DNA of 61,720 nt, filler included, from Hausera hauseri (Eukaryota): NCBI GenBank assembly GCA_046269625.1. It is 9 parts of 9 records of this genome, joined end to end, with 100 filler letters (N's around TTAATTAATTAA, not from the genome) between each part and the next. Parts side by side here need not be neighbours in the genome. Positions count along the whole stretch, not along the records: positions 1 to 20,214 come from JBJURY010077770.1; positions 20,315 to 24,556 come from JBJURY010680329.1; positions 24,657 to 30,811 come from JBJURY010133205.1; 6 more parts are not named here. One strand, given 5' to 3'. This document shows positions 17,281-30,436 of this stretch, piece by piece (position 1 is the stretch's first letter; the number at the start of each line of letters is the position of its first letter). The notes under the pieces are model-generated. The model did no database searches. It saw only the letters and a program-made list of their open reading frames with translations, and had not been told where the DNA came from. Both the position numbers and the translations under genes were made by a program.

Positions 17281-19764
17281 ATGATCTAAACGATATCCAA
17301 GATATTAAAAGAGAGAACTGGCATTGTGCAGTTTATTATTGATGTCTCATTCTTTCCATATTCTAGATTTCTATATGAGCATGTTTCAGGTCTTGTGGTG
17401 TCGATTGTAGGTTTAATTCTCTATCATTGGATAAAAGTAAAGATAAACATGACCATTAAAAAGACCATGCAATCTGTGTAATGAGTATATTAATTGGCTG
17501 CTAGACATGTTCATCAAAACCGCATCTCCTCCCCTTCCCTTACAGTAGTGTGTTTACAATGGGATGGCTTGAATTATTTAGATTTTTTATCACATTTTGT
17601 AAATATGTAATGAAGCTTTGGCAACCTGAATGTCCCTATTTAATCATGCCAATAAAGCTTTGTTGGATTTCGGCTGAAAGAGGCCAAACTAGTTTGCTGC
17701 ATCCAAGTTATGTTAAAGCCTTCTGCTTCTTTTTAAAATAATCACTTTGGCTTCAAAAAGATGCCATCATAACAACAGTATTATATATATATTATAAATA
17801 TTCAGTATATTTATCACAACCATAGTATCTGACTGCATCATTTCATCATCACAAGGTAAATTAATATGCAGAACAGCTTTGTGAACAGAGAGCCACGTCC
17901 TGTCCACAGGCTTAAACCATTTTTAAAACCTGCACCAAAATTGTAACAGTGGTGTATTTTAGGTCTTGATACTATATCGACACTTTCAGTATGAAGAACC
18001 ACAGATCTGTACTTCGAATCAAAACTAAAATAAGCCAACAGCTGTGGAAAATGTTAATTTTTAATGACTCTTTAAATCAACAGCTGTTAATCAACATTCA
18101 TGCTATTCATCATAAAGTGATTAAAACTGGTTATTTTCTCCCTTTCACCCATATCTTGTCCATGTGAGAAGAGAATGCAGATACGGTTTAGTTTAGCTTA
18201 GCTGATAATAAAAACATAAGGTAGTTAGTGGGAGTTTGGCATCAAGGCTGTTTGAAGGCTATTTTCATGGTGTGAACATTTGTGTGGGAACAGATTTGTT
18301 GTGTACTGTATGCTTGTGTTTGTTTTGGGGTGAAATTTAGACATGTGGTGTTTTTTTTACCTCTACATCATTAATCACATTAGTGTGGTTGAATATTTCC
18401 TCTATAATTGGTTGTGTTTAGTTTCCATCTCTTGTTTTAGACACTCCGTTAGCTGATGTTTAATTATGTGCAGAGGAACTTACATAGACTAGGTGTCTCT
18501 TTGGGTATTAAAAAAACATGTGTTGGTTCCTCCGATTTACAATACAACATTTAATATACCCATGTTATTAATGTGAGTTATCTTCTTACCACATCTTACC
18601 TTCTTACAAATTGACCCGTATTAGGGTTTCAAAGTCAGTATTAAACCATGATCGGTGAGACCTAAAAACACTGCACTAAATATTGAATGATTTTTTTGAT
18701 AATGGAGTTCAAGTTGAGATAAATAATGACTAAAATGTAAATGCTAATGTAAAAAAGAAACAGTACAGTATAATATGCCAGAGCCAGACGGTGTTGGAGC
18801 CCAGAGGAAAGAATTATGCCAGCACAGGAAGAAGCATCACTGACTCACAAATCTTGGGACAGTAAAGTCTGCTCTATAAGAAAAGCTTTTAATGTAATCA
18901 AAATGAATCGCTGCTTGGGTGCAGAGACATGACAGATAAAGAACAAACACACTGACGACCACTAGCTCTCAACTAGCTCAACTCAACCCCTAGACAACCT
19001 TTCTACAGTACATACACAGAACACCCAACACACCTCCAGGATCAGTTTTTGGTCCAGTGTTTTTCATTCCTCCAGCATGAAACTGAATTGACTCTTATGA
19101 TATTATAATATAATATGATGAGAATAAAATGGTTTTGCATAACTCTGTGAGTCTAATTTTGCATGCACTTTGTCTTATGATTGTGTAATTTCAACTGGTG
19201 CAACCCACCGAGCAACAATAACAGCACAGTGATCTTTTATGTCTCACTAAGGAAAGATCAATCAGGTAGAATGTTGGCTTTAGTGATTGCAAAGCTATAA
19301 TAATAATTTAATATAATGTGCTACGTTTTTCAAAAACCAAATTATCAAATGTTTGTAAATACTGCAAAGCTAAAAGTTACACAATTAATCACAAAGATCT
19401 TGGAATACTGTGTTCCTGAGCAAGTTAAGTTAGGGGGCATCATGTATGGAATGGACCTGTTGCTTTTCTTTAACACCGAGCCCTTGAAAACCATATCATT
19501 ACGTCACACAGTTTGTTTTTAAAATAAATACATTTCAAAATGTATTAATAGTTGAATGGACTAATTTATTAATCAAAAATGTCTTTAGCAGCAGTCCTAT
19601 TTCACGCCTACAAATAACTGTGAGTAGAATTAAATAGCTTAAAGGTATCTGACTAAACAGTGTTAAGAGACGGTCTCACTGTCTGCAGCCGCTCTGATAG
19701 TAATTACAGCATGGAAGAAAAGCCTGTTTCCTAAAGCCTCTGTGCTCGACCTTAGATTACTATC

Positions 19765-19862
19765 AGAAAGAGATAGATAGAGAGAAGAAAGACAAGAGAG
19801 AGAGAGAGGGAGAGAAAGAGGAGATAGAGAGAGATAAGAGGGGGAGAGAGAGAGAGAGAGAG
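19765..19862. repeat. Imperfect (GA)n microsatellite
   Basis: Visible purine run agagagag... Confidence 0.9.
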
Positions 19863-20214
19863 CTTTTGCCTTCACTGTCCCACGTGACATTACAATGAGA
19901 ATTACAGGTGAAATTAAAACCCACCTGCTCAACAACGCTGTATGGGTGCAAGCCTTGTATGACAAAGTTTAAGACAGCGTCATCAACACTCTTCGAGCTT
20001 CTCCTAATTTAAGCTGCTTGGATGATGGACCCACATCTAAGCCGGATGGTCTTTTGCTTGCAGATGCAGTCAGCTTTTTGTACCTTTCCAAATGATTCAC
20101 GTGCTTCCTCTATGTGCGCCAAAGACACACACTAAAAACTGGCCAGTGTTGTCTACATATGCTGTTGTAATGTACCGCTAATTTGTTTTTAGTGTTAGTG
20201 AGTGGAAGAGATTA

Positions 20215-20314
20215 NNNNNNNNNNNNNNNNNNNNNNNNNNNNNNNNNNNNNNNNNNNNTTAATTAATTAANNNNNNNNNNNNNNNNNNNNNNNNNNNNNN
20301 NNNNNNNNNNNNNN
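20215..20314. other. Artificial contig spacer N44-TTAATTAATTAA-N44
   Basis: The same 100-bp spacer recurs at 24557-24656, 30812-30911, 35194-35293, 41977-42076, 46288-46387, 51093-51192 and 55316-55415; TTAATTAATTAA puts TAA in all six frames. Confidence 0.98.
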
Positions 20315-20959
20315 GGAGTCGCAGCGGAAACTGCAGCTCCTGATGACGACCACAACAACGCGAATTTGATGTTTGTCGCTTTCCCTTTTTTGAAAAGTTA
20401 AACTCTCTACTGATCTGTGAATTTAAACAAACGGGTTTAAATACACAGGTTTTTTAATGATTATGCCTATGGGCGATTTCGTGATTTTTTATTTTTTGTT
20501 TGTAAAGCAAGGCTTTATAATACTCCCCCGTTATTTTGAAATGTCGAGTTAATAGGGGTTGAATGACTTTTTGTAGATATTTAATGTGATGTGGGAAAAG
20601 TAATGGAAAGTGCAAAAATTAATACTTTTCGATTTTGGGAATATGGAATAAGTCCCAAAAATTTTTTTAATTGTTTTAAGATTTTTACTGCCACATATCT
20701 CATTAAAATCATAATTGATTTCCAGAAATAATATTACAGATTATTAAACATGTTTGGGAAGGAAAATTACCTCTGTTATGTTGCATTTTTAACGCAGCCT
20801 ACAAAGATTTACAAATAATAGAATTTCGTAAAACTTTTATAATAAACCATTGTAATTATAACATTTTAATTTGTTCACAAATCGATAGTTTTTGATATAA
20901 AGGACAAGAAAGTAAGAGCCGATGCAAGTATGAATCATGAAAACTGCGCGTGTAAAGAT

Positions 20960-22350
20960 CTAATCACTGACCCAATTGTATAGGATCACCGGCTAACACA
21001 ATCTGTCCCGAATTTGGAGCAGTAAATCCCAAAGGTATCATGACTTCCGGTTCAGAAGCTTGACCAGCTTTCAGACCTAACTGATAGAGTGCCACTAGAA
21101 AGACAGGTTGATATTATAATGCGATGCATTGCAATTTCGGGCAGATCATCAAAACATTTACAATACGGTAAAATTTTGGTGGAATTGGGTCTTTATCTGA
21201 CATTTCCGACAATATCGTTCGTCTGTACGCATTCATTCGTACCATTTCACCAGTGTCAACAATTTCCGATTCATGCAATCGGAGACAAAGCAAATCAGCA
21301 GCGCTATTTGACGGAGCACAAAGCAAAATTCTACTCAATGCGACATTTTTATAAACTTGCAATACGGCCTCAACGAGAGTAACCGTTTTACCGGTACCCG
21401 GTGGACCGAATAGAATATACGGCAGCGGTCTGCAGTAACCGTGGACAATTCGAATAACAGCAACTCGCTACAGTTCGTTTAGATTTTGATTGTAAAATTT
21501 CAAATGAAACAAATTCGACAATTCTTCCTTTACGAAATTCATCGCCGACAATTCATTGACACCGATTCGAGACAATCGGACGCATTGCGACGATTTTTTT
21601 CAACGGATACCGGGAATATAATATCGTCACCGAGATTACCGCATGCTGTGTCAATACCGAGATGCATACGTCGAAATGGCAATGGGGAATGTTGGAACGT
21701 GACGATACACAATTCGTTCGTGTATGTTGCATGGAAATTCGGATGGAATTTAACAAAGATACAGTCACAGAGTATTTCCTCAATTGATCCGGAACAGACC
21801 GCCGATCCTTTGGAATTGATTTGCAGCTGGACTTTATCGCCCAATACCAATGACAGTCGGCCTTCACTCAATCTCGGCACTTCGATACAAAACGTATCCC
21901 GACGATTCAACAATCGAACATCTCCCAAAATGAATTGTTTCATTTCCTCTTTGGTGTTGATTTCTTCCAAATGGACGAGTAATTTCATTTTATTCGAATA
22001 GTTCACCGGTGTTAACGGTTCTTTCAAAATCGGATACAAACTCTTCATATCTTCTTTGTTGTGCAAATCAGACGACCAGATACAGCTGTACATCATTCAC
22101 TGTGCCTCACTGATGTGCCGAAATTATTCATCTGTTAAATTGATCTTGAACAGTTTATGATTAAAATCATCTGGAGGCCATTTTCCGATTGCTGCTCAGT
22201 TCCGGTTTTTCTGGTTTATTATGTAAATTCAAAAGTAACTTTGTTTACGAAAAATCGGTTCATAGAGGAATCCGAAAACTGTTCGAAAATCAACAAATCT
22301 ATCAAGTCTATCTTCATTATACTCCTCGTCGTGTATGCCGATTTATTATC
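20960..22350 (-). pseudogene. MOV10/Armitage-like SF1 RNA helicase, decayed and truncated after motif III
   Basis: LKEPLTPVNY..KMKLLVHLEEI; IEVPRLSEGRLSLVLGD; Walker [23 protein letters not shown] (about 21365-21430); [14 protein letters not shown]; [14 protein letters not shown]; [11 protein letters not shown]. Several frameshifts and deletions. Confidence 0.85.
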
Positions 22351-22744
22351 AAAATATTCGCTTTAAATTACCAAAGTTTTTTTCTCTGCATACAGCTGAT
22401 ATCGCAAATAGTTATGAGAAGAAAATCGATTATTGTCGTGCAAATAGACATCGGTACTTGTGTCATATCTTCCAAACAAAGTATACATAACTAGGAAATT
22501 ACTAATATAATAATTGTTACAACAAACATATTTTGGTTAAATTTACCTTTTTAAATATAATGAATTCAATAAAATGTATTACTTTGATTTTAATTAAATT
22601 ATTATATTTTCCAATTATCTTCTAAAAAATAAATCAAAACGAACATAATTTAACATTTCAGAAACTAAACTATATAGTTTTCAAAAAAGGATTTAACTGT
22701 TTAAAATTCACAAATTCACAATCAACATCAATAATAATTAACTG

Positions 22745-23110
22745 AAACCTGTTTCGGAGCATGCTGTTTGCAATAATAATTGAATTCGTTACGGAATATT
22801 CCCAACGCACCATTCTGGAAACCACACGCCAAGTGAAACGACCGACGACACGTCGGAATGCAACATCCAACGCCTGCTCGGCCTTGTTTACAAATACAAC
22901 ATTTCAATCTATCTATTCGGCGTATTTCTTTTGTAATGTCGCTGATAATAAATCCCAATAAAAATCCCGTTTTGTTCTTTTCCGGATCAAAAAACTGTAC
23001 AATTTTAGGACTGAAGAGCAGGCAATTTTCATGGAGAAATAAATCACCAGATGAATGAATTGGACCCAATTATTCATTTGAATTACATTTTACGCAGAAG
23101 GAACAATTTT
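22745..23110 (-). CDS. PHF7/G2E3/pineapple-eye-type extended PHD (zf-HC5HC2H) exon
   Basis: HENCLLFS...GF.ISDI.KEIRR..RLKCCICKQGRAGVGCCIPTCRRSFHLACG..NGA...F...F.YYCKQHAPKQ followed by a GT donor; the start of the region is disrupted. Confidence 0.8.
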
Positions 23111-24656
23111 TTTGAACTATCCTTAACTTTGCCAGTCTTTTCAATCTCAGTTAACTTTCGTTTCAAGTTCATTTTTTTCTGAGAATTTCGATTTCTAAAT
23201 CTTGAAAAAGTGTTGTAAAAATGGATAATTCTCATACTGGAATAAATTACAAAATTATAATGTAACTACTGCTATTAGCACAAAAACATTGTAATATTGG
23301 AAATGAATCGGGAAATTAATTGTTGATTTTGTTATATAGCGTTTTACACTTTAAGAGCGGCCTAATCTGATATTTTATTGGGTATCAAGTTTGGTAGCAG
23401 ACACAATACTTCCTAATTTTGGACGATAATTGTTTTCTAAATTTATACTAGAAAAGGGTATGTTTTTGCGGATTATTCAGTATTAACTAATTGTTTTTAT
23501 ATGGCTCAATTTATGAATTCATTTTGATGTTCGTTAATTTCAACTAATTACCAAAAGGCGTATATCAAAAGATTCGGAAATTGTGCACACGTTTCCAAAT
23601 TCTTCATCTATACGCGGGTTTAGTATTTTTCTGATTCCTTTGCGATTCGTTCAATTTTATATTAACACAGGTTTGCTCGAATAGATCTTTCACAAAAGTT
23701 TGATTTGTATTATATGAATTGTAAAATATAAACTATATAACTCTATGCATTAGAAATACACACTGTACATTTGTTAATTACGTTAGATAGTGTCTAACTT
23801 TTATTGGCTGATTCTAAAAATAACTTTATTTTCTTCCCTTTTTTGAGACATTTACCTCAATTGTTTTTTATTGTTTGCAATAAACTATATTTTGGTTTGC
23901 GCTGCCAAAGATTATTTGTGTTATATGATCGTTGATATTTTTATTAGAGTTTATGGTTTTGTTGCCTTAGTATATCGTACAGTACAGCTATATTTACATT
24001 GGTATTTGATTTACTCGGATAATGACTGCTGTGTAATTGATGATAATAAAGTTATCGTATTTTAGCGAATATAATCCGCGTGTTTCGCATGCTCGATTGA
24101 TTTTTTTGCGTCAAAAGTTGACAGCGAAATGAGGCCACAAAGGGTTGTGCATAATGCAACTTCGTAGTGGGCCAACGGTTGTGGACCAACTTGGTAACCT
24201 TGTCGAGTCGAAACCGAGAATCGGTACATTGTTCGGCGAGTTTTTAATGCGTCATAGTAGATGGCATTTTGAACTCTCGATTTTCTGTTATGTTCAATCT
24301 GTTGCGTCTTTAAAGGTGACTGCGTATTGTTCACCAATAAAACGTCCGGTTGATGCTTTTAAAAGCAAAACGGCACCATTTGGACGACCTAGATGGATCG
24401 TAATATGTGTAATTAGCTATCACATTAACGTTCTAATAAAAGACGTCCAAGCTGGTGCGATCTATTTGGATCCTACACATCTTACGGATGTTGACGGGAT
24501 GACTGATTATTGGTCAATTTTGTTGATTTAGTACTGTAATTTATTTGAAAGTGACGNNNNNNNNNNNNNNNNNNNNNNNNNNNNNNNNNNNNNNNNNNNN
24601 TTAATTAATTAANNNNNNNNNNNNNNNNNNNNNNNNNNNNNNNNNNNNNNNNNNNN

Positions 24657-25493
24657 TAATAAATTTTAACCCGTGTACATCTGATATTAATATCGTCGGT
24701 GTGGATTGTTCTATTACATCTTCCCTTGATCTGGTATTAGTATGTAAATTGCTCGAATAACGCTTCCCAGTGGTCTCATTGAACTTTAACTCTTTGATTT
24801 TGATGAAATTGCAATCTTTCTTGGAGGGTGGCTTCCATACGATAACCGAACTTCGGAACGTACAAGCACCATTATGAATATGACATTTCTGATTTTCGGT
24901 GAATAGTTTGGTAACGCTATGAAACATCGCTTTTAAGGATCTTAACTCGGTTTTATAAAAATCTACGACTACTATTCCTCCTTCTTTTCCTTTCCCTATG
25001 TCATATTCTCCTCCGACGCAGTAACCAGTGTGCATGTTTTATTTTCCAACTGCTCTACTTATTTTTCCTTCTTGGGCTTCCAACTCCATACCGTCCCAAA
25101 CCATTTTACCGGTTATCCAGGCTCCTAAACAGTGTTGCCTATCTACGTTCATTTGGATCATGGGTGTAGTTGGTTTGATTATTAAAGAATGGTCGTGCAT
25201 ATTACCACAATGAAGTATTCTGCGGGATCTGCGTATCATGCATTCCACTGCATCCATTGCAATTAATTCGCGCTGTTGATATATAATATATTTTTTTCTA
25301 TTGTCTCGAGCTTATGCGGTCTCGCATCCTCACATGTTTCTAAGTCCATCAAGGAATATTTCTGACCCACCTTGAATTTGTCACAGTCGTATATGGAGAC
25401 TGCTCCTATCTGTTTTACTAACATCATTATTGTTAGGAAGTTGATTAACCAGCTGGATTCGTTTCCTTTCTTCGGGGAGATATTTCGTACCAT
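24657..25493 (-). pseudogene. Chuvirus-like envelope glycoprotein, N-terminal part
   Basis: Signal-like WLINFLTIMMLVKQIGA then VSIYDC..SLMDLETC, ECMIRRSRRILHCGNMHDHSLI, C.F....IVWKPP..DC. Confidence 0.75.
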
Positions 25494-25499
25494 ATCATC

Positions 25500-28400
25500 T
25501 AAATTACTGGTCCCTTTGCATTGTCCACTTTTCGAATAATTTCGTACATTTTATTTCTTTAGGTACCTTTTTCGCAGCTTTTCTAGCTAACCCAATTGTC
25601 TTGTTGAATTCATTTTCCCGGCGAGGGTTAGTTCTTACGGCTAAATATATCAACACCTTCCTTAATTCTTCCATCGTATTGTCTGTCGTGATTCTATCAA
25701 TTACTCTTTCATCAGGGAGGGTGCTTTTAGATAAATTGAATCGCGAAGTCTTCATCGTTCGGGCTATGCTATATATGAGTCTCTCTTTCTCGGATAATAT
25801 GTCGCCTTGAAGTCCGGTATAATTGACAATCCTTATTAAATCTTTCATTAGCTCAATTAATTCTTCGTTATCTAAACTAGGGGTTGGTATTGATAGTTGT
25901 CTCAGTTCCCTTATCAGGTCTGCATTATAGTCTATTACTTTCATTTTTCTTGGCCTTCCGACCGGTCGTTTCGGTTTCATCGGTAGTAAGGTTTCGCTTA
26001 GGGAGGGCTAGGTTTCTATTGTATTGCAGTTTATCATCATCCGTCTTCAAATATTCGAAGTACATTCGGCATCCTCAATACCCATGATTCTTCCGACGCA
26101 ATGCTCTGTATGCGCCTTCCTCATTGCTTCATCTTTGGTTTGCTCCCTAACAATTATTGCTATTATTCGATTTTCTTCGCGGGGTATAATCCCCACGTCT
26201 ATTAAGGATTCTAACTCATCTAAAATCTTGCCTCTGAAATAAAGTTGGTAGTTAACTCCTTCCTTGCCATATTTATCCATTCGGATGATACTTTCACTTT
26301 AATTTCCGTTTCAGGTTTGTTTCTCAATCGTTTAGCGTATTCTCTTATTAGAAGCTTGGGGACCGCTCTGTATGCGGTGTTTTCACTGGACAGCTTAGTC
26401 AAGGTTGGGATCAATTTCCTTAATCTATCTTCACTTATGTTTATTTTCACTACACTGCTCAGTTCCTTCTCAGCTAGTGTAGGATCAAGTAGCATTTGTA
26501 TGTCAAATTTCGTTTTCTGGGTACCAATGGGTGACTCAGATTTGTATAGGAGTTCTTTGACTCTGCTCGTTTAAACCTTGGAGGTATTCATCCCACTCGG
26601 CATCATTATATGCATCAGGTAATTCGCATTTCATTACTGCTGCGTGTTCTACTTGGACTCTTTCACGTATTTCTCTTATTTGCGGTTGCAATGTTTTCAC
26701 TATGGATACTCTAAATCCGTCTCCGTTTCCGCAAGCTTGTTGCATCAATGTTATTATTCAGCACATTTCTTCTGGTTGTATCAAGGCTTTCTCTTGGTAG
26801 CTGGTCAACTCCGCGATTCTGTCTCTTTGCCATCTCTGTATGAATTCTGTTTTGTCGTTCATTTCAGATTCCGTAAAGGAATACTTGTTTTTGTAGACTT
26901 CTGCTTCTCTCAATAATTCGCTTAGTTCGCGCTGTCTTTTCTCGGAGCGTAACCGGGTTTCTTTTATCAAACGTATGCGATGTATCAGTCGTCTGGCTAC
27001 TGTTTCTTCAATTCTTGCCATTTCTGTTAATAGTATGATTAATTTATGTGTTTGGTTTAATACTTCGTGTCCGGATCTATTGCGTCTATTAGCCTGCCTA
27101 TGAACTTGGCTTCGTCGCTCGTCAAATGAAGATCCTTCCTAATTTCCGTTAGTTCGGTATGGCAATGTAGATTGAAACCTGGTGTCCATTCGGCTGGATT
27201 CTGTAAATTTTGTAATGTTTGTGCCAGGGCGATTCGGTGATCGTTACATACTTCTAATGTTTCAATTTCCTGTGCGGATATTTCCTTCAGCGGTTTCTGC
27301 ATTAGGCCCTGTATCCCTTCCCAACGGATGTTCGCTAGACTTCGCTGAAGATCACTTAGTTTGTTTCTTTTTCGATCGATTTCCTTTCCCTCAATAACAC
27401 TATATATCTCTGTTAGTGTTGTTTGATCTTGATTACTACTCATAAATTCGAGATCTCGAAATGATTCGAATTTAATTCGCAATTTTGCTTCACCTTCCAT
27501 TGTGCCGATATCCAGAAACATTTCTTCTAATTGGTGTCTCATTATAGTCTCAACCACAGCGAATTCTCTTAGTCTTTCATTCATTATTTCTGCTATGGAA
27601 GGTAACAAGTCTATCCACTTCCTTATTTGTTTGGTTAACGCTGGTTTAGTGTAAATTATTTCGTCTAGCGTCCCAAGAGCTTCCTTTAGTTCATGATCAG
27701 GGCCCCTTACAAATTCCATGATATGTTTAATATAGTTGAATCCTTCTTTATACTCCTCTAGTTTAAGAAGACAAGCGCATATTATTCTCTGTGCTTCTGC
27801 TTTTTAGGGTGAACTACACCGCTCCTACAGTTGTTGACTTTGGTTCGTATTTCATTTTCTTTTTCAGTACCTATTTTTAAATCTAGATACCTCCGAGGGT
27901 TATCCTTTATCAGGTTGCACATTGCTATTAACTGGGAAATGTTCATTGGGTCTATGCCTAATGTTTCTAATTCGGCCTCTGTTAGTTCCTGCACTGGCTT
28001 GATATGACGATAATAAATTATCGCTTCTTCGATCCCATATACCAATCTTTTTAAATTGCGTATTACACGTTTCCGTTTTGGGTTCTGTTTTAGTGCCTTT
28101 AGTAGTCCTTGTGCTTGGTTTACTTCATCGAGAAACGGCTCGTATCTATTACCCAGTATTTTCGTAAAATCGATCTCACTCTTCATCCACAGTTCTAATT
28201 TATTTTGCCAACTGTTTATTAAATCTTGCGGCATTTGCTCATCTGTTGAAGACTTTGGAGATTCTAATTTAGTCTTCCGGGATCATTCAATGCCTCTCTT
28301 ATTTCAATTAGTTCATTTGCATTTTTCCGAGATTTTCTGATCTTTCCAAACTCAATGGGTGTTTCTTCTTCTGATTCCTCTTCACTAGGCAGTAATGGGT

Positions 28401-28900
28401 ATATTTCATTAATTTCATCAATATTTGAAATACTTATTGCTTCCTGAACGTCTTGGATTATAACAGGAGTATGTAACTCTGTTTCATCTCTTAAAACGAT
28501 AATGAAGTCTTCCGCTTTTTCTAAATCTTTTGTAATAGGGGATAGTGAACGAGTTCGTCACCTTCTCCTAAGTGAAAGGCTTCTACCCCTATTTTTCGTT
28601 ATTTTGACTATTAGTAGGCCAATGAATTCGCTGTCGACCTCGTCTGTAGTTTTGTCCTTCTCTTGGGACTCGACCTCGGTCTCTGCGTCCAGATCCACGC
28701 TTGAAGACTTAGTCGGCCTTTCCTCTTTCGCTGCTTGATTTAGGTTTCTTTTCCTGGCCATATTAGTGTTTCGGAGTGCTATAGCATTTTCGTATTCCGT
28801 TTTTGTTTCTCTTAACCCACGGTAAACTAGCATTAGCTGCAAATTTTCTTCGTACTCTTTCCTGGCCTTGATTATTTGTGGATTATTAGATTCACCCATA
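25500..28900 (-). pseudogene. ORF X: long Glu/Lys/Arg-rich helical region of unknown function with a ubiquitin-like segment and AT-hook; frameshifted
   Basis: Consecutive same-strand ORF fragments, each with a homologous segment in the same order at 56450-59920. Confidence 0.7.
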
Positions 28901-30300
28901 TTTTTATATGCCTTCGTAGATCTTGCATTTCGATAATCATGTTTATATCCCCTCGTTTTCCATATATACGTTCCAAATTATCCTTTATCGTGCTAGCCTT
29001 AGTAGTCTCTGAAAATGATACGCTTCGCGGATTAGGAAATGATCTAGCTATATGTCCTTCCTTGCCACATGAATAACAAATCAGATTCTCGTCTCGGCCG
29101 ATCCTTTGTCGTCCGTCTTCGTTCACTGGTGATTTGGGTCTGCCTGTTATTTTGTTTTGAATGGGTTGAGCTTTATTTCTATTTTCGAAACTTCGACAAT
29201 CTATATATCGGTTCTTGTTACCTCGGTCATTATTTTGGCTTCTGTCCGGATTATAACTTGTTTTGTATGTGTTCCTATTATCGCCAAAGTTTCTATTATC
29301 ATATCTCTTACTGCGATTAGTGGCATTCTGAGCTCTATTCTCATAGCCTCGGTCTTTATTATTATCATTAGATATTCTATTGTTTCGGTTTCTATCCCGA
29401 TTATCGCGATCATTATTTTGCTCATATCTATCACTCTGTCTAATGTATCTATCTAGTGCCATTTCTAAGTTCTGCGCTAACTGTAATGCAGTATCAAAAT
29501 TGTTTGGTCGAGCTAAAATTAGTTGTTTAACTAAGTCTCTGGACCATATACCATATTAACTGAGTTGTCATTTTGACATCTAAATCCGGTGGACTAGCCT
29601 TCTATGCCGCTTCGTTTTCCGCGCCTTTCTTTGCCTTTGCCACATTAGCTATCCTTAACATGCTCACGTAACTATTAGCAAGCTTCTTTAGTGCGAATGC
29701 AAATTGATTGACCGACTTACCCTTTTGTTGCGTTCTGTTTTGGAAGGCCATAAGCTTTTGTTGTAGGGTCACCGCTGGCAACAATTTACGATTCATGGAT
29801 CCTACTACGGCGGACCATGATTTCTTCTCGTCATTGGTGATTTCACTATAGGCGTATGCAGCCAGATTTTTTAAGTATAATGACAGTCGTTTAATCATAA
29901 CTTCGGGCGCAAGACTGGAACCTTCTGCGTGCAATTAATAAGTGCTTAAAAAATCATTTAACCCATCCGGGTCACAGTCATATGCCGTTATGTTCAAAAA
30001 ATCGAACGTAAAAATATCAAGTTTCTGTGCTATAGCGGGGTTGTCTGCTACCATCTTTATTTTATTCGGTTTATATGCTTTATGTCTTTTAGGAGGAGCT
30101 TTGAATTCTTTAACGAAGGTTAATTCAGTGTGGGATAAACAATGCTTGTCTATTGCCTTGCATTTAGTATAGAGTTTAATCCGCGTTTCCCTTTGATTAA
30201 GTTTCTCTATACCGTTTACTAATAAGTTTTGACACGAGTTGATAATCTCAATGTTTACTCTCGGATTAATCTTTACTTAATTCCCCTCTAACCACTTATG
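28900..30300 (-). pseudogene. Gag (capsid-like region, Asn/Arg-rich spacer, CCHC knuckle), frameshifted
   Basis: AYDCDPDGLNDF, LSLYLKNLAAYAYSEI, RTQQKGKSVNQFAFALKKLA (retrotransposon gag Q..ESV..F pattern), CYSCGKEGHIARS[F] at 29037-29078. Confidence 0.8.
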
Positions 30301-30416
30301 ATCCCAAGTTTAGACTCTTAACTCGTATTGTATAACAATTATTTGATGTATATTACGCTATTCGGCCGTATGTCTTTAATTGACTCTCGAAAGTACTGTC
30401 TAGCGAGGTACAAACT

Positions 30417-30434
30417 ATCCTGCTAGGGTCGCCA
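30417..30434 (-). promoter_or_regulatory. Primer-binding site TGGCGACCCTAGCAGGAT (tRNA-Arg-like)
   Basis: TGG start right after the LTR end; resembles the complement of tRNA-Arg 3' ends (...GGTCG-CCA). Confidence 0.75.
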
Positions 30435-30436
30435 AA

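Noticed and set aside
20259-20270. Recurrent TTAATTAATTAA as a possible biological repeat or CRISPR-like unit
   Set aside because: It always sits between two N44 runs, so it is a concatenation linker. No CRISPR array was seen in the window.
24062-24531. Overlapping 91-128 aa ORFs at the end of contig 2
   Set aside because: No recognisable motif in any frame I read; cannot be supported.
24601-24656. ORFs ending in XXX...LIN or running into N runs (24601, 42032, 46336, 55363)
   Set aside because: These ends are translations of the artificial spacer, not real termini.
29157-29456. Hydrophobic Ile-rich ORFs resembling membrane proteins
   Set aside because: Antisense or alternate-frame shadows of the Asn/Arg/Asp-rich Gag spacer.
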